Assembly (NCBI RefSeq): GCF_004010195.1
Contig: NC_057753.1
Span: 9,775,333-9,839,332 of the forward strand
Direction: 5' to 3'
Source of the DNA: Chiloscyllium plagiosum
Lineage: Eukaryota
Length of the DNA: 64,000 nt
Positions within the stretch are counted from its first letter, which is position 1; each line of letters starts with the position of its first letter. Positions 12,541 to 26,176 of the stretch are shown here, in pieces. A model generated the notes under the pieces. It was given only the letters and a program-made list of their open reading frames with translations. It made no database searches and had not been told where the DNA came from. Made by a program: the position numbers and the translations under genes.

Positions 12541-13244
12541 AGGTAAAACCTACCTCTTGCAAAAATGCCATCCCGTATTCCCAATTCCTCCGCTGTATCT
12601 GCTCCCAGGAGGACCAGTTCCACCACAGGACACCCCAGATGGCCTCCTTCTTTAGAGACCGCAATTTCCCTTCCCACGTGGTTAAAGATTCCCTCCAACG
12701 CATCTCGTCCACGTCCCGCACCTCCGCCCTCAGACACCACCCCTCCAACCGTAACAAGGACAGAACGCCCCCGGTGCTCATCTTCCACACTACCAACCTT
12801 TGCATAAATCATCCTCCGACATTTCCGCCACCTCCAAAAAGACCCCACCACCAGGTGAGGGAAATTGTATATTTCCCTCTCCACCCCTTTCCGCCTTCCG
12901 CAAAGACCTTTCCCTCCGTTTCTACCTGGTCAGGTCCACGCGCCCCCCCACAACCCACCCTCCCATCCTGTCACTGCAGGAACTGCAAGACCTGCGCCCA
13001 CACCTCCTCCCTCACCTCCATCCAAGGTCCTAAAGAAGCTTTCCACATCCATCAAGGTTTTACCTGCACATCCACTAATATCATTTATTGTATCCGTTGC
13101 TCCCGATGCGGTCTCCTCTACATTAGGGAGACTGGACGCCTCCTGGCAGAGCGCTTTAGGGAACATCTCCAGGACACCCGCACCAATCAACCACACCCCA
13201 CTGGCCCAACATTTCAACTCCCCCTCCCACTCTGCCGAGGACAT
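12541..13244 (+). mobile_element. Penelope-like retroelement fragment: RT C-terminus and GIY-YIG endonuclease
   Basis: CRNCKTC...FTCTSTNIIYCIRCSRCGLLYIRETGRLLAERFREH...HFNS is a GIY-YIG signature. Confidence 0.9.
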
Positions 13245-16200
13245 AGACGTTGAGAGGATGGTGAATCTTCTGCCTCGAGTTTGTCGAGAAAATATTTGTT
13301 TGCTGGGCCTTCCCAAACGGGAAGAGGAAGACCAGCTTACAATGTTTCTGGAGCAGTGGCTTCCACAGTTATTGAATCTGGAGGCTGGATCAGGCTAGGT
13401 CAGGGTAGAATGTGCCCACCGGGTTGCAATACACAGGCCCGGCTTGGACCAGCACCCCCACCCGGTTCTGTTCCAGCTGCAGTGCTTTTAGGAGAAGCAG
13501 ATGCTCCTGGAAGCTTCCAGAAATCTTGGGAAAGATCCCTAAGCCATGATTTACAAAAGATCCAAGATTATGCTGTTTCAGGACTTTTCCCCGGCTCTGG
13601 TCCAAAAGAGGAGGGCGTTTAAGGGATTTAAACATTCAGTACTCCCTGCGCTACCCAGCAACGCTACGTTTTAGCCACGAAGGGTCCGTATATAACTTCA
13701 GATCGCCAGAGAAGGCCAAGGAATTTTTGGACTCTCTTAGATAAATTGTAAGAGTTAACTCGTGTGGTGAATGATGTTGTTCTGCCCTCCCCATTCTCTG
13801 GTTCACCTTATTTTTTCGCTTTTATTACTTTATTGCTTAATATTATCTCCAGGGAATAGGGAGGGGGTGGGGCTTATTTGTTCTCCACTCTGCGATTTTC
13901 TCCTCTTTTTTTTGTAAATATATATAGGCCGGGTGGTCTAGTAGATTTTGGTGAGGGGTCTCTGCTATGTCTTATTTTTTCTCTTAAAGCGGGGTTATTT
14001 CCCCCTGTTATTTTATATTACCATAATTAATTGTTACCTGCTGAAACTGTAATTTTATAGTTTTATATGTTTATAGGGGTTTTAACATCACCAAATATAT
14101 CTAGGTGTTGATGTGTGGGTGGGGAGGGGGAGGAGGGTAGGGTACTCATTGTTAACTTTAGCTTAGTCATACACTTGAATTTTCTTCACTTTATTATGGG
14201 CTGCCTAGGTCGAGGGTGGGGCACTGGTCGGGAGAGGGTATGATAGGTTTTTGGAAAGGAAGTGATTTCCCCTGGTAACGAGGGGAAAAATCTCTGTTTT
14301 TTTAAATTTAGAAATAGTTTTTTGTTATATTGGTGTGAGTGTAATAAAGAATCTCTATTTTTGTGAATTTTCTATGGTCTATGCTTGGGGTGTTTTGGTG
14401 TTTCTCCTCCCAGGGGGTCTCGGACTTGCCTGGATGATTATGGTGAGTCATTCGCTTAAATGGTGCACCTGGAATGTCAAGGGGAGTAATTCTCCAATCA
14501 AAAGGAAGATAATATTATCAAATCTCAAAAAAGAAAGGGTTGATATAGCTCTTCTACAGGAGACCCATTTATTGGATAAAGGATATTTGAAATTACAACA
14601 GGATGGATTTGATCAGGCCTTCTTTTCTTCCTTCAGCTCAAAAAGTAGGGGAGTAGTCATTCTTATTTGGAAGAATCTCCCTTTCAAAATCCTAAGTCAG
14701 ATAAAAGATGAATCTGGACGATATATACTAATTAAAGCCCTTATAAATGGAGAGGAATATGGGATTTTAAACCAGTATTGTCCACCGGCGCATCCTTTCA
14801 AATTTATAACAGAAGCCTTCTCCAAACTGATGGCTCTCGGTGCTCGTCATACAATTATAGGGGGAGACTCCAATTGCATTATGGAGCCGGAAATAGACAG
14901 GATTCCCAAGAGTACTGCGGGTGGATGCCCCAGATCTAGACAATTGGCGGATTTGAATCAAGCATTAGGATTAATAGATGTGTGGAGGTGCCTCCATCCG
15001 CAAGGCAGAGATTTCTCTCTTTACTCTAATCCACATAAATGTCACACTAGAATTGACATGTTTTTTTCCCCCTCGACTTTTTTAAATTCCATATCATCCT
15101 GTAAAATAGGTGATATGATAATTTCTGATCACGCTGCTGTGTACATGGAAATCAAGGCTAGGAACAATGAGGCATCCCCCTGATATTGGCGTATGGATTC
15201 CTTCTTAATGAAGGATATTAAATTTGCAAAATATTTTTCTCGAGTTTAAAGCTTTCTTGGAAATTAATTCAGGTACGGCTAGTAACCCGTCAATGATGTG
15301 GGAGACTATTAAAGCTTATGCGAGAGTCGTGATCATTTCATACTTGGTGACCCAGAAAAAATTAAAGGGAAAACAACACGGTCTAATTGAGGCTCGCTTA
15401 AAAGCAGCTGAAACAGCATACGCTGACAGACCTTCAATTGCCAAATTACAAAGGATTATGACCCTTAGGACAGCTCTGAATACCGACTTCACCCAAAGGG
15501 CAAAGAGGGAAATATTATTTGCAAAACAAAGATTATATGAATTTAGCGATAAACCTCGTAGATGCTTAGCATTTCTTGCAAGGAAAAAAAGGACCCCTCA
15601 AGCTATCACGGCTATCAGGGAAAGTGCTGGTACTCTGATTCACATCATAAAGGGATCAGCTGGCCCACTTATGGACATGTATAACTACTCATATAAGTCA
15701 GGGCTGCCTCCTGCCTTCACTGAAAGAGGTGAATATCTCCCTTATTCTCAGAAAAGGAAAGGATCCAGAAGATTGTGCATCATACAGACCAATATCCTTG
15801 CTAACTGTAGATTTTAAAATTCTCTCTAAAACATTAGCATTGAGGCCAGAGAGGGTGCTGCCATATATCATAAATGAGGACCAGCATGGGTTTATTAAGG
15901 GCCATAGATCATCTAATATTAGAAGGGTCTTGAATGTGAATCAAGTCTGTCATCAGGAAAAAATACCAGGAATAGTAGTCTCATTGGACGCGGAGAAGGC
16001 AATCGACAGGGTTGAATGGACATACCTGTTCTATACATTGGAAAGATTTGGCGTTGGAAACGTATTTGCCAAATGGGTCTCAACACTGTATAATGATCCC
16101 AAAGCAGTTGTGATCACCAATGGATTAGGTTTGGATAGCTTCCGTGTGGGTAGGGGCTGCCGTCAGGGATGTCCTCTCTCACCGTTGCTATTCACGCTAA

Positions 16201-18267
16201 CAATTGAGCTACTGGCGGAAGCGATACGGGCCTACTCTAATATAATGGCCCTGAGGGTTGGTACAGGTAAACATAAAATTACCCCATATGCAGATGATTG
16301 ATCTCCTTATTCTTAGTCATCCTCTGATGTCCGTGCCTCACTTAATCCAAGTTATTAATACATGTAGTGAATTTTCAGGCTACAAAATTAATTTTTCAAA
16401 ATCTGAGGCCATGCCTCACTAGTATGTCCGATTTATTGGACGGATGCCACTTCCCCTTTTGGTGGTCTCTGGAGGGTTTCTTATACTGAGGCATTTTTAT
16501 CACCCCAGTATTTGGCCAGCTATACAAGGTCAATTTTGTGCATCTATTGGAAAGGGTAAGACAGGGCATCTAACGTTGGGGAGACCTTCCAATTTCCTGG
16601 CTAGGTCGAATAGCCCTAATTAAAATGAGTGTCTTGCCCCGTCTCTTATACCCTATGCGAATGCTTCCAGTGATGTTGCCGAGTACGGTTGGCTGGGTTC
16701 TTTCATCTGGAATCCTAGACAGCCCCTCATTAAGTTAAGGACTTTAGGAAGTATCAGTTAAGTTCCTTGTTAAGCTACGTAGCCGATTGGGTTACGTCTG
16801 ACCCGCAATCAATCTGGATGGACATCGAGGCTTCTCAAGTACAGTGCCCTCCTATTAACCTCTTATTTTTAGAGAAGATGAAAATCATTACGAACGACTG
16901 TAGAAACCCTATAGTATTAAACACAATTCAAGCTTGGAATATAATGTGGCAAAATGAGGGTAATTCACATAAAACATCCCCCTATACTCCTATAGTGGGG
17001 GCATGGGGTTTTCAACTGGGGCTTACAGATGCCACATTCAAATCCTGGAGATCTAGGGGTATCTCCTGTTTCGGGGATCTGTTTGAGAAGGGGGTCCTGA
17101 TGTCTTTTGAACAGCTGCATCAGAAATTTGGATTACCTAATGGAGACCTCTTTCGATACTTCTACGTTTGAGACTACATACAGAAGACGACTACGTTATT
17201 AGATGTTTTCTATAAATCAGATAGAGAATGTAGAGTGTTGTGGCCAATGGGTGTACCCTCGGTCAGCACTCTTTATCATTTATTACGTGATGAAGTGTCG
17301 GAAGATATGGACCGTGTGCTTAGAACATGGGATCAGGATTTGGGGCTGGAAGTTTCTACAGAACAGTGGAATGACATCTGGGAAAATGCCAAAAAAAATC
17401 TCCATTTGTAACAGAACCCAGGCCATTCTGGTAAAGATACTTCATAGGGCCCATATGGTATCAGAATGATTGGCATAATTTCGGGCAGGAGCATCTGCAA
17501 TGTAAAACAGAGGTGGGCATTCTTACACACCGCTTGTGGACATGTCATAAGATCCTGAAATACTGGACCAAAGTAGTAAACGCCCTGACAGAAATCTTGG
17601 GAACGAAAATTACAGTAGATCCAGTATCTCCTCTTCTGGGCTTCTTGAGCTTACCTTCTCTGGATGTGCACTGGAGGAAATTATTTTCCATTCTCTCCTT
17701 CTATGAAAGGAAAAATATCTTGGTAAACTGGATGGCTGAGGGCCCTCTAGGACTTCAGAATTGGCACAGATTAATCATGGAATGTATTTCCCTTGACTTC
17801 CTTACAAATATGCTGCACCAAAAAACTGAATTATTTTATAAAATGTGGCAGCCCTTTTTGAATTACATAGATACAGATATCTCGGCCATTCTTTCAAGGG
17901 CTTTCATCTCGTTGAGGTAACAGTTCTGGTTGGCCCCTTGGGAGAGGAATCCCGCATGAATATGGGTTTTATTACAACTTATGTTAACTCATTACGAGCA
18001 TGTATTTCACTACTTCATTACTATGTTATCCTTTTTTCTTTTGACTAATGTAAGATATTTGATCATACACTCTGGTTAGTTATAGGTTAGATTCGTAGTG
18101 AGTTGAGTTTTGTCTTTTTCTTTTTTATATCTCTTCTTTTTGTTTCACAGGTTTTGGCTATTTATTTAAGATTTAATTGTATATTACTGTTTGTACTTGT
18201 GCTTTTTCTATTTGTAAACTTGTAAAAACATGTTAAATTTTCAATAAAAATATCTTTTTAAAAAAAA
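13245..18267 (+). mobile_element. Decayed L1-clade LINE (partial ORF1, inter-ORF spacer, ORF2, 3'UTR, polyA)
   Basis: ORF1 remnant (NICLLGLPKREEE...MLFQDFSP); APE domain WNVKG/LQETH/GGDSN/RID/SDH at 14434-15183; RT YRPISLL/LDAEKA/QGCPLSP/YADD at 15729-16301; AATAAA plus A-run at 18243-18267; many stops and frameshifts, deletion near 15640. Confidence 0.92.
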
Positions 18268-18699
18268 GTGCATCTGTACAGATGCATGAGTAGGGGAGAG
18301 CAGAGGGATACAGATTCAGGAATTCTGCGATAGGTTTAGACAGGGGATTTGGATCGGCTTAGGCTTGAAGGGCTGAAGGGTCTGTTCCTGGGTTGTAAAT
18401 TTTCTTTGTTCTATGTTGAGGTTGTACAGGATGTTGGTGAGGCCATTTTGTTTAGAGTACTGCGTACAGTTCTGGTCATCCTGTAATAGGAAGAATACTA
18501 TTAGAGGGGGTTCGGTAAAGATATACTTTGACGTTGCCAGGAATGGAGGGTTTGAGTTATAGGGAGAGGCTGGGATTTTTTCACTGGAATGGGGGAGGTT
18601 GAGGGATGACCTTATTGAGATTTGAAAAATCATGAGGGGTGAGGGTAAGGAGAAAAGCGAGGAACATGCGCGGTTATGTAGAGCCGGGGGGTGGGAAGG

Positions 18700-19080
18700 T
18701 GAAACAAAGTTGTGGCTCTCCCCTTTTTTCCTCCTTTTGGCATTTGGCCAGTTGAATCTGTCCGGAAGGGGCCTGGTCCTCCTGCTAATCAGAACCCCTG
18801 CCACTGTCTGAATGTGGAAGGTCGACCATGAGCTTCTGAAGTTCTGTTGCTCCTCTCTCTCTCTGAATGAAGATTGAGCTTCAGTCCAGACTGCAACTTC
18901 CTTTCTCTGTTTAACATCTGGGAGTACTGCACTCTCTTTTCTCGTCCCCTTTCCCATTTCTTTTCTCATCCTTGGGTTCAGCTGTTGGTTTGTAGGAGCT
19001 GAGGGAAAAAGAAAGTCAATCGAGGTGAAGGGACAGACTCTGGAAAAGGTTGGTCGAGATCTGTGCCTGTTAATGTTTGA
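18700..19080 (+). promoter_or_regulatory. Degenerate copy of promoter/exon module X
   Basis: Colinear with 2930-3460, but CCAAT reads CTAAT and the donor GTGAGT reads GGGAGT. Confidence 0.45.
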
Positions 19081-20097
19081 CAGGCTTTGTTTCCTGAGCT
19101 TGACACATTTACTTATCTGGCAAAAAAGGATGGCGTCTTGATCCATGTTGGGGATGGAAGTGGATTACGCTGTGGGTGACTTGCTCGTAGTAGTCCAATA
19201 CGTATTGGATAAGTAATCATGACACACAAACCTTGAGTTATTGACTGTTTATTCGGAACTCACGGGGAGAGCCAAGTCGACCTAATAGTCTCAAGTCACT
19301 CCGACGAGATACAGAGTTGTGTGATTCTATAGGTTACAGTCATTTAACAATTAGCAAACTGTTAATTGCAGGAAATTGAGCAAACTGAGGCACTTTACCC
19401 AGTCACGTAGTGTCTGGACAGTGTTGGTTAGTAGCTGATGTGTACAATAGGTCTTTGCAAAGAGAAAGATATTCCCATGCAAGGAAAGAATTTGTTTATC
19501 AGGTAGCAGTACAGCTGCAAGGCAGACTGTCTCTGAGTCTGGGAATTAAGGGTAGCTGGGACAATGCAGGAAGGAGGAGCTCAGACAATGGATAGATCAG
19601 CCCTGATCTTAATGAATGGCGGAGCAGGCTGGATGGGTCAAATGATCTACTCCTGCTTCTATTACTATGAAACTATAACCCTGCATTTCCCATGGCTAAC
19701 CCACCTAACCTGCACATCCCTGGACACTGTGGCCAATTTAGCATGGCCAATCCGAATTGAGGCCGGTGAGCAATGTAGTGATGTGGAAAATGAACATCAA
19801 AGAACAATAGAAAGGGACAAGGAGAGTAAATATACCAGCAATCGAAACTGGATACTAATGTCACAAAAACTGAAACGATACATGGTGTGTCTGAATGTGT
19901 GCCACATTGTAACAAAAGTGAATGAATTAACTGCACACACTGAAGTGAATAATTATGGTCTGAGATTCGTCGCAGAGACATGGCTTCAGGATGGCAAGGA
20001 TTGGATCCTGAATATTGAGGGGGGAGTCAGATAGGAAGCGAGGTAAAGGCAGAGGGTTGGCACTGCTCATCAAAGCACTGATCACACGGTAGTCTGG

Positions 20098-23000
20098 TGT
20101 CAGCTCGGGTTTCAGAGCCTGATTTCTCTGTCCTCTGATCTCCCTGTTCCCACAGAGTAAGATGTCGGTCTGTTCTCAGCTTTGCTGGACTTCTGCTGAA
20201 GCTTTCACGCCTCTTTTACAGCTTCCAGAACAAGAAAACATTCAGTCAATCGAAAGCCAACCCACAATCTACCAGAAATAGGGCTCTCCCAGGATTCTGA
20301 TAGTGTCCTACTTGAGAAATTCTCTCTCCCTTCGATGTAACTATTGGTATTGTTGGAGCAAAGTAACTCGTGTGTCAAATCGTTTAGAGCAAAGTAGTCA
20401 GGAGAGGAGACCTTGAACAATTAACTAGCTTTATTCGATGCCATGGGGAGTACCTCTTAGTTCAAAACAAAGTCCAACGTATTCCAATAAATTCAGAATG
20501 TTACAAGTTTTATGGTAAAACACAAGCCCCACTCTCCATTAATTATGCAACTGAGGGGCATTCGTAAGGTTCACATACATTGTCCAGACCTACATTTCTT
20601 AATGTTTACAAAACTGAATGTTACCTTATACTGCAGGTTCAGCTCGGCTCGAATTACCGATAAGGGACAGAGAGAACGAATCCATCATTCTATGAAGCAG
20701 CACAGTCTAATGGCCTGAGGAGCAGAGACAACCTGCAGCTGCAAGGTCAGGCTATCAAAACAGCCAGGGCTCAGACAGCATTATGTTAACAGGCTAAATT
20801 TTACTGCAAACATTGCTTTGTGACAAAATGGCCTCCATGCAGTTTTGTCAATTTTGATCAAATTCTCCACAATCCCTCCTTTTTATTAAAAGGAAGAGAT
20901 TATGGGTGTCAGCAAAAGAGGGATTATACCCAGAGCCAGGAGGATTGTCAGGGGTTGGTGCTTGGAGATCGGACTGATAGTCTTCAGGTTCAGTAAGGAC
21001 AGGGGCAGAAGGCTCCAGGGATTGGGAATCATCATCAGGGGTTTCATCAGGAATGGGAAATCTCAGCAATTGGGAGATCGCTGGAGAGGAGGGCCACAAC
21101 AGTGAACTGAGCCGAGCACAGGATTGTCTGCGAGGTGACTTTGATATCCAGTTGAGCAGTTCCAAAGGCAGGGGGAAAGAAAGCTGCAAGTTGCTCAAAC
21201 TCCATAAGGGCTCGCTTGGTACGAGTTCAGGATGGATGGGGATATGGGCACATACCTAGCAGCTAGAGTGGTTGACCTTCTGCGCATAAGTATTAAACTG
21301 TAATTTCTGTTTACTAGCGGTTATCAGGCCCAATCAAACATAGTTAGTGAAAGAAAGATAAGAAAGAGTGCAGTTCACTGGCCACCCGGGTGTTTTCCTA
21401 TCTTCCTGGTGGTGGAAATTGAATAAAGATTGGTGCACTTTGTGTCTTTCACTGTGTCTCACACCTGCACACACACACCATGGGTGCTGGGGATAAAATA
21501 AGCACTACCGCACTTAGGTGGTAGTGTGGGGGTTAAATTAAAAAAAAGGAAAAAAAAAGAAGAAAAAAGAAAAAAAAAGAAAGAGTGCAGTGAAAGGCAG
21601 AATGATCAGGCTGAGCCATTCATGGATGAAGGCTGAAGATGTGTCTCTGACGGGGTCTTCTCGTGTTCCTCCAGGAGGTGGCGCTCATTTGCATTGTGTT
21701 GTGTGTGTCCATGCGGCCTCCCCTTGACCCTGACTGCTGACCGGGTAACCCAGCAGGACTAGGAACGGGCCTTTCCATCTCAGCTCCAATATGCCCCGGT
21801 CCTAATGCTGAGGCTTGGCGTACCCATGAATGTAAACTCTGAAGAGTTTTGGTTAACTGATGCAAATATTTCCCACTTGTCCAACACTAGAGTGTCAGCT
21901 GTTTCAGCCATTGGGATGTTTTGATTCATCTACTAAATACATCTACTCATATTAGACAATATTTATAACAATGTATGCGAGGTGATTCTATGAAAGCAAG
22001 TTGTAGATGGGGAAAAAGGCTGACCAGGCAAGGAGGTGGTTAGCAAACACACTCTCTCTGCCTGCCTGCGGCGCTCTCTCTCTTTTTTCTGTCTCTATTT
22101 GCATGCCTGTGCCTCTCTCTCTCTGCCTGCCTGCGCCTCTCTCCGTCTCGCTCTGCCTGCCTGCGCCCCTCTCTCTCTGCCTGCGCGCGCCTCTTTCTCT
22201 CTCTCTCTCTCTCTGCCTGCCTGCGTCCCTCTCTCTCTCTGCCCGCCTGCGTCCCTCTCTCTCTCTGCCCGCCTATGCCCCCCTCTGCCTGTGCGCCTCT
22301 CTCTCTGCCTGCGCGCCTCTCTCTCTGCCTGCCTGCGCGCCTCTCTGTCTCTCTCTCTCTCTCTGCCTGCCTGCGCGCCTCTCTGTCTCTCTCTCTACCT
22401 GCCTGCGCGCCCCCCCCCTCTCTCTCTCTCTGCCTGCCTGCGTCCCTCTGCCTGCGCGCCTCTCTCTCTCTGCCTGCCTGTGCGTCTCTCTCTCTGTAAC
22501 ACTCTTCAACTTTGTACATGTCTCAGTTAATAGTTGCCCAATGTGTCCTGTATGCTAAATTCATTCAAGTCTGGACATCCTGAAGCGAGCAATTATACTT
22601 CAGATTACTACTCGCCAATTAAAACTAACGTTGGGCACTCAAACAGATCGGGGGCACCTTGAAGCATGCCACGGACCTCAGTGTGGGTCCTGGGCTTATC
22701 AAATAGGGTTTCATCTCTCGTAACCCTGGGGTAGGAAATTCGTTATTACTAACTTTGTAAAGCACAAGTGCTCTCAGCAACGTTACGTCCAGACGCTAGG
22801 ACCATGTTGAGTTTTCTCACATGGCTGAGGAGGGAGAATTGTGTCATCACTTCTAACAGCATTTTTGTCCCTGGCCAGCTTTCCCCTTTATTTTGGACAC
22901 GACAAAAGCAGCAACCACCCTCTATATTTCATCTCTCAAATGATATCGGCCGGTGACCTGGCAGGACCAGGGTATCTCCTCCCTGACTCGCCAACTGTGG

Positions 23001-23320
23001 GGGATGGACATAAAGCCCCATGTCAGGAAAGAATTTGTTTATCAGGAAGCAGTACAGCTGCAAGGCCAACCGTCTCCGCTGAGCCTGGGAAACACGAGCT
23101 TTAGCAAGCAGGCACTAAGCTGAGATTCAAAATGGTTTCCAGGCTTTAATATGTGACAAAATGGCTGACCCAAATCTAACAATTCTCCCACATCATCGCA
23201 GGGAATAAAACAAGAAAAATGAAATAAATAGGCGACCGTGCTTAATGTTTGTTCATTACGAAGTAAACAAGAAATAGCAGTCTCCCAGGATTTGTATGGT
23301 GCCCTACTTGAGAAATTCTG
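20098..23320 (-). mobile_element. ERV-B deleted provirus, copy A
   Basis: Reverse-complement homolog of 54015-59141 and 41897-45405; integrase C-terminal and env RTKR remnants. Confidence 0.7.
22050..22500. repeat. Degenerate CT-rich minisatellite (ctgcctgcctgcgc/ctctct)
   Basis: Paralogous, heterogeneous version of the 30-bp array at 55132-57365. Confidence 0.9.
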
Positions 23321-24887
23321 TCCAACAAGTTTAATTGGAAGCAGTAGCTTTCGGAGTGCAGCTCCGTCATCAGGGGATTGTGGAATATAAAATTGTAAGA
23401 CACAGAATTTATAGCAACAGTTTATAGTGTGATGTAACTGAAACTATATATTGAAAAAGACCCGGATTGTTTGTTAAGTCTCTCATCTGTTCGAATGACC
23501 ATGAAAGTTTCAGTTCTTCCAAATGTAAATCACAAAACCTTTTAAAATAGTTAAATCCTCAAGTGAACTTTACCAATTGGTGTTAGCTCCCCTGTGTGAG
23601 ACTGTCTGTGCCACAATGGTTAAACTGATTTACAGAATCTTACATGGATTCATGAAGTTTTTGAGCAAAGTAAGACATAATTCTGCGAGTACGAATTCAT
23701 CCAACAAACTTGTGCACGTGTGTGTGTGGTGGGGGGAGGGGGGCGGGTGGCGGGTGGCGATGTATATTTGCGATACATTCTNNNNNNNNNNNNNNNNNNN
23801 NNNNNNNNNNNNNNNNNNNNNNNNNNNNNNNNNNNNNNNNNNNNNNNNNNNNTTTTTTAAGGAAAAATCTGCAGGCAGTCAATACATGTAATAGTTTGTA
23901 AATTCAACTTCGGAAACAGAACCAGTCTGACTCAAGATTGGGATACAGGCAGACTCTGACCTAACACCTTTAATGCATTGTCTGAGCTGAGATGTGAGCT
24001 TTTGCTATTAAAACCTTGTTATATCGAGAAGGTGACAACAAGAAGTTCTGGGATTTACATTGTAATGAGACCTACAACCTATTTGAAAAGGTGGAAGACT
24101 TAACAATCCAGGTTTGTTCAATATACCATTTCAGTGGCAGGACACTGGAATGTTTTGCTCTAAATTGTGTCTTATCCTCCACAACCACCTGATGAAGAGG
24201 CAGCACTCCAAAAGTTACTGCTTCCAAAGAAGCTTGTTGGACTACAACCTGGAGTTATGTGATTCTAGAATCTGGTTTCTAGTATCTGCAGTCTTTGTTT
24301 TTACCTAGTTGATTTTAACCCTACAGTGAATCCTCTTGCAAGGATGCCTGCCTTGAAGAAGTTTTCCTCTTCTCTCTACAAGAATCTCAAGGAATCTCTC
24401 TCCCACTGCAACTTCCAGGTTATTTCCTCTGCCCTGCAGCTCTTCAACCATGTCCTGAAACAGACTCGCTACCACAGCCACATTTCAGTGCCTGCCTCCG
24501 TAACCAACTCATCCTACACGGACTCCGGGCCACCTTTAAACCAGCAGAGTTCAGATCCGAACAGGCCACTCCACCCTCCTGTCTGACCTATCACCTTCAT
24601 TCCCACCCCCATTCACCCATTGTACTCTTTGCTACCTTCCCCCACCCTCCTCTCTGACCTATCCCCTCCATTCCCCACTCCCATTCACCTATTGTACTCT
24701 ACGCTACTTTCTCCCCAACCCCACCCTCCTCTCATTTATCTCTCCACCCTGCAAGCTCTATTCATGATGAAGGGCTTTTGCCCGAAACGTCGATTTTCCT
24801 GCTCCTTGGATGCTGCCTGAACTGCTGTGCTTTTCCAGCACCACTCTAATCAAAAGTGAATTGGCCATGCTAAATTACCCATAGTGC

Positions 24888-25445
24888 TGTGAGAAACGAA
24901 ACCCACTTAATCAATAATTTTCAGTCCGAGTCAGAGTTCTGAAGCAGCACATTTATTCGAACATCTTGCAAGATGGGTGGCTGTATGAAGAGAGACATAC
25001 CTGACAGTAAAATACAGAGCTTTTTATACTTTTCTGAGGGCTCTCTCGACACCCCTACACTGAGCAATAAACCTATGAGTGTCTATTTCATTCTATCCCT
25101 TTATTTGGTGATTACTTGCACCCGTTATTCCTTCATTTGGTAATTCCCTGCACCCAAGCCTAAGCCTATCATACTTATTAATTACCGCGCTTGTTTTTCT
25201 TTAAATCTGCCTTATTTGGCTGTCTTTGTTCGTTACAGCCTTCCTGTCACTTTGTCCAGTTCCTCTTATCTAACCATCTGACTTCTGAGATCATCCTTTA
25301 CTATCTTGATAGTCCAAAAAGCAGATCTACAAACCATGAGCTTATTGCGAAATGCCCCTGCTGCCCTTTTTTTTTGTGGTCAGCTACAAGTAATTTCTTA
25401 GCTTAAAACTATTTCTTAAAAGACCTTTATATTCTTTAAAATCAA
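24888..25445 (-). mobile_element. Solo LTR-like element
   Basis: On the minus strand: TATAAAAA, AATAAA and terminal ...TCTCACA; shares U3-like sequence with 52907-53414. Confidence 0.5.
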
Positions 25446-25919
25446 CATACACCTGACAACCTGAAATTTATCTCTCTCAATCCCCACCCCCACCCCCGTG
25501 ACCCTCTCATTTATCTCTCCACCCTGCAGGCACTCTGCCTCTATTCCTGATGAAGGGCTTTTGTGCGAAACGTCAATTTTCCTGCTCCTCGGATGCTGCC
25601 TGAACTACTGTACGTTTCCAGTACCACTCTAATCTAAAGTGGATTGGCCATGCTGAAAAACCCATAGTGCCTAGGGATGTGCAGGTTAGGGTGAATTGGC
25701 TATGCTATATTATCCATACTGCCCAGGGATGTGCAGGTTAGGGTGAATTGGCTATGCTAAATTAGGCATAATGTGCAGGTAAGGTGCATTACTCAGGGTT
25801 AAATGTAGGGGAATGGGTGTGGGTGGGTCACCATTGGGAGGATCGATGAGGCCGAATGGCCTGCTTCCACACTGTGGGGATTCTCTGAAGGGAGTGGTTT
25901 TTTTTGGAAAGTGTGCGTT

Positions 25920-26176
25920 CTCGTCCTCGTCTGCTGCAGGCGCAACGCATGCGCAGTGCCCCGCCCCCTCAACCGTCACTTTTCCTCGGCCCGCCCCTAG
26001 TTCCTTTGTGACGTCACAGCACGGAAGTGGCCCTGTTAGTTTCAAAGTGAATCTCCCGCCCTCTGGACCACTCTTCATCCTGGGAGGGAGACAGAGATGG
26101 GAGGAGGGGAAATTGGTCACTTGTAGCAACTGGAGTGAATCCAGGGAGGGAGCAGACTCCGCAAACTCAGGTATGT
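25920..26176 (+). promoter_or_regulatory. CpG promoter and putative first exon (module Y)
   Basis: CGCATGCGCA (NRF1-like), two CCGCCCC GC boxes, TGACGTCA (CRE), CGGAAGTG (ETS), donor CAG|GTATGT at 26170/26171. Confidence 0.6.
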
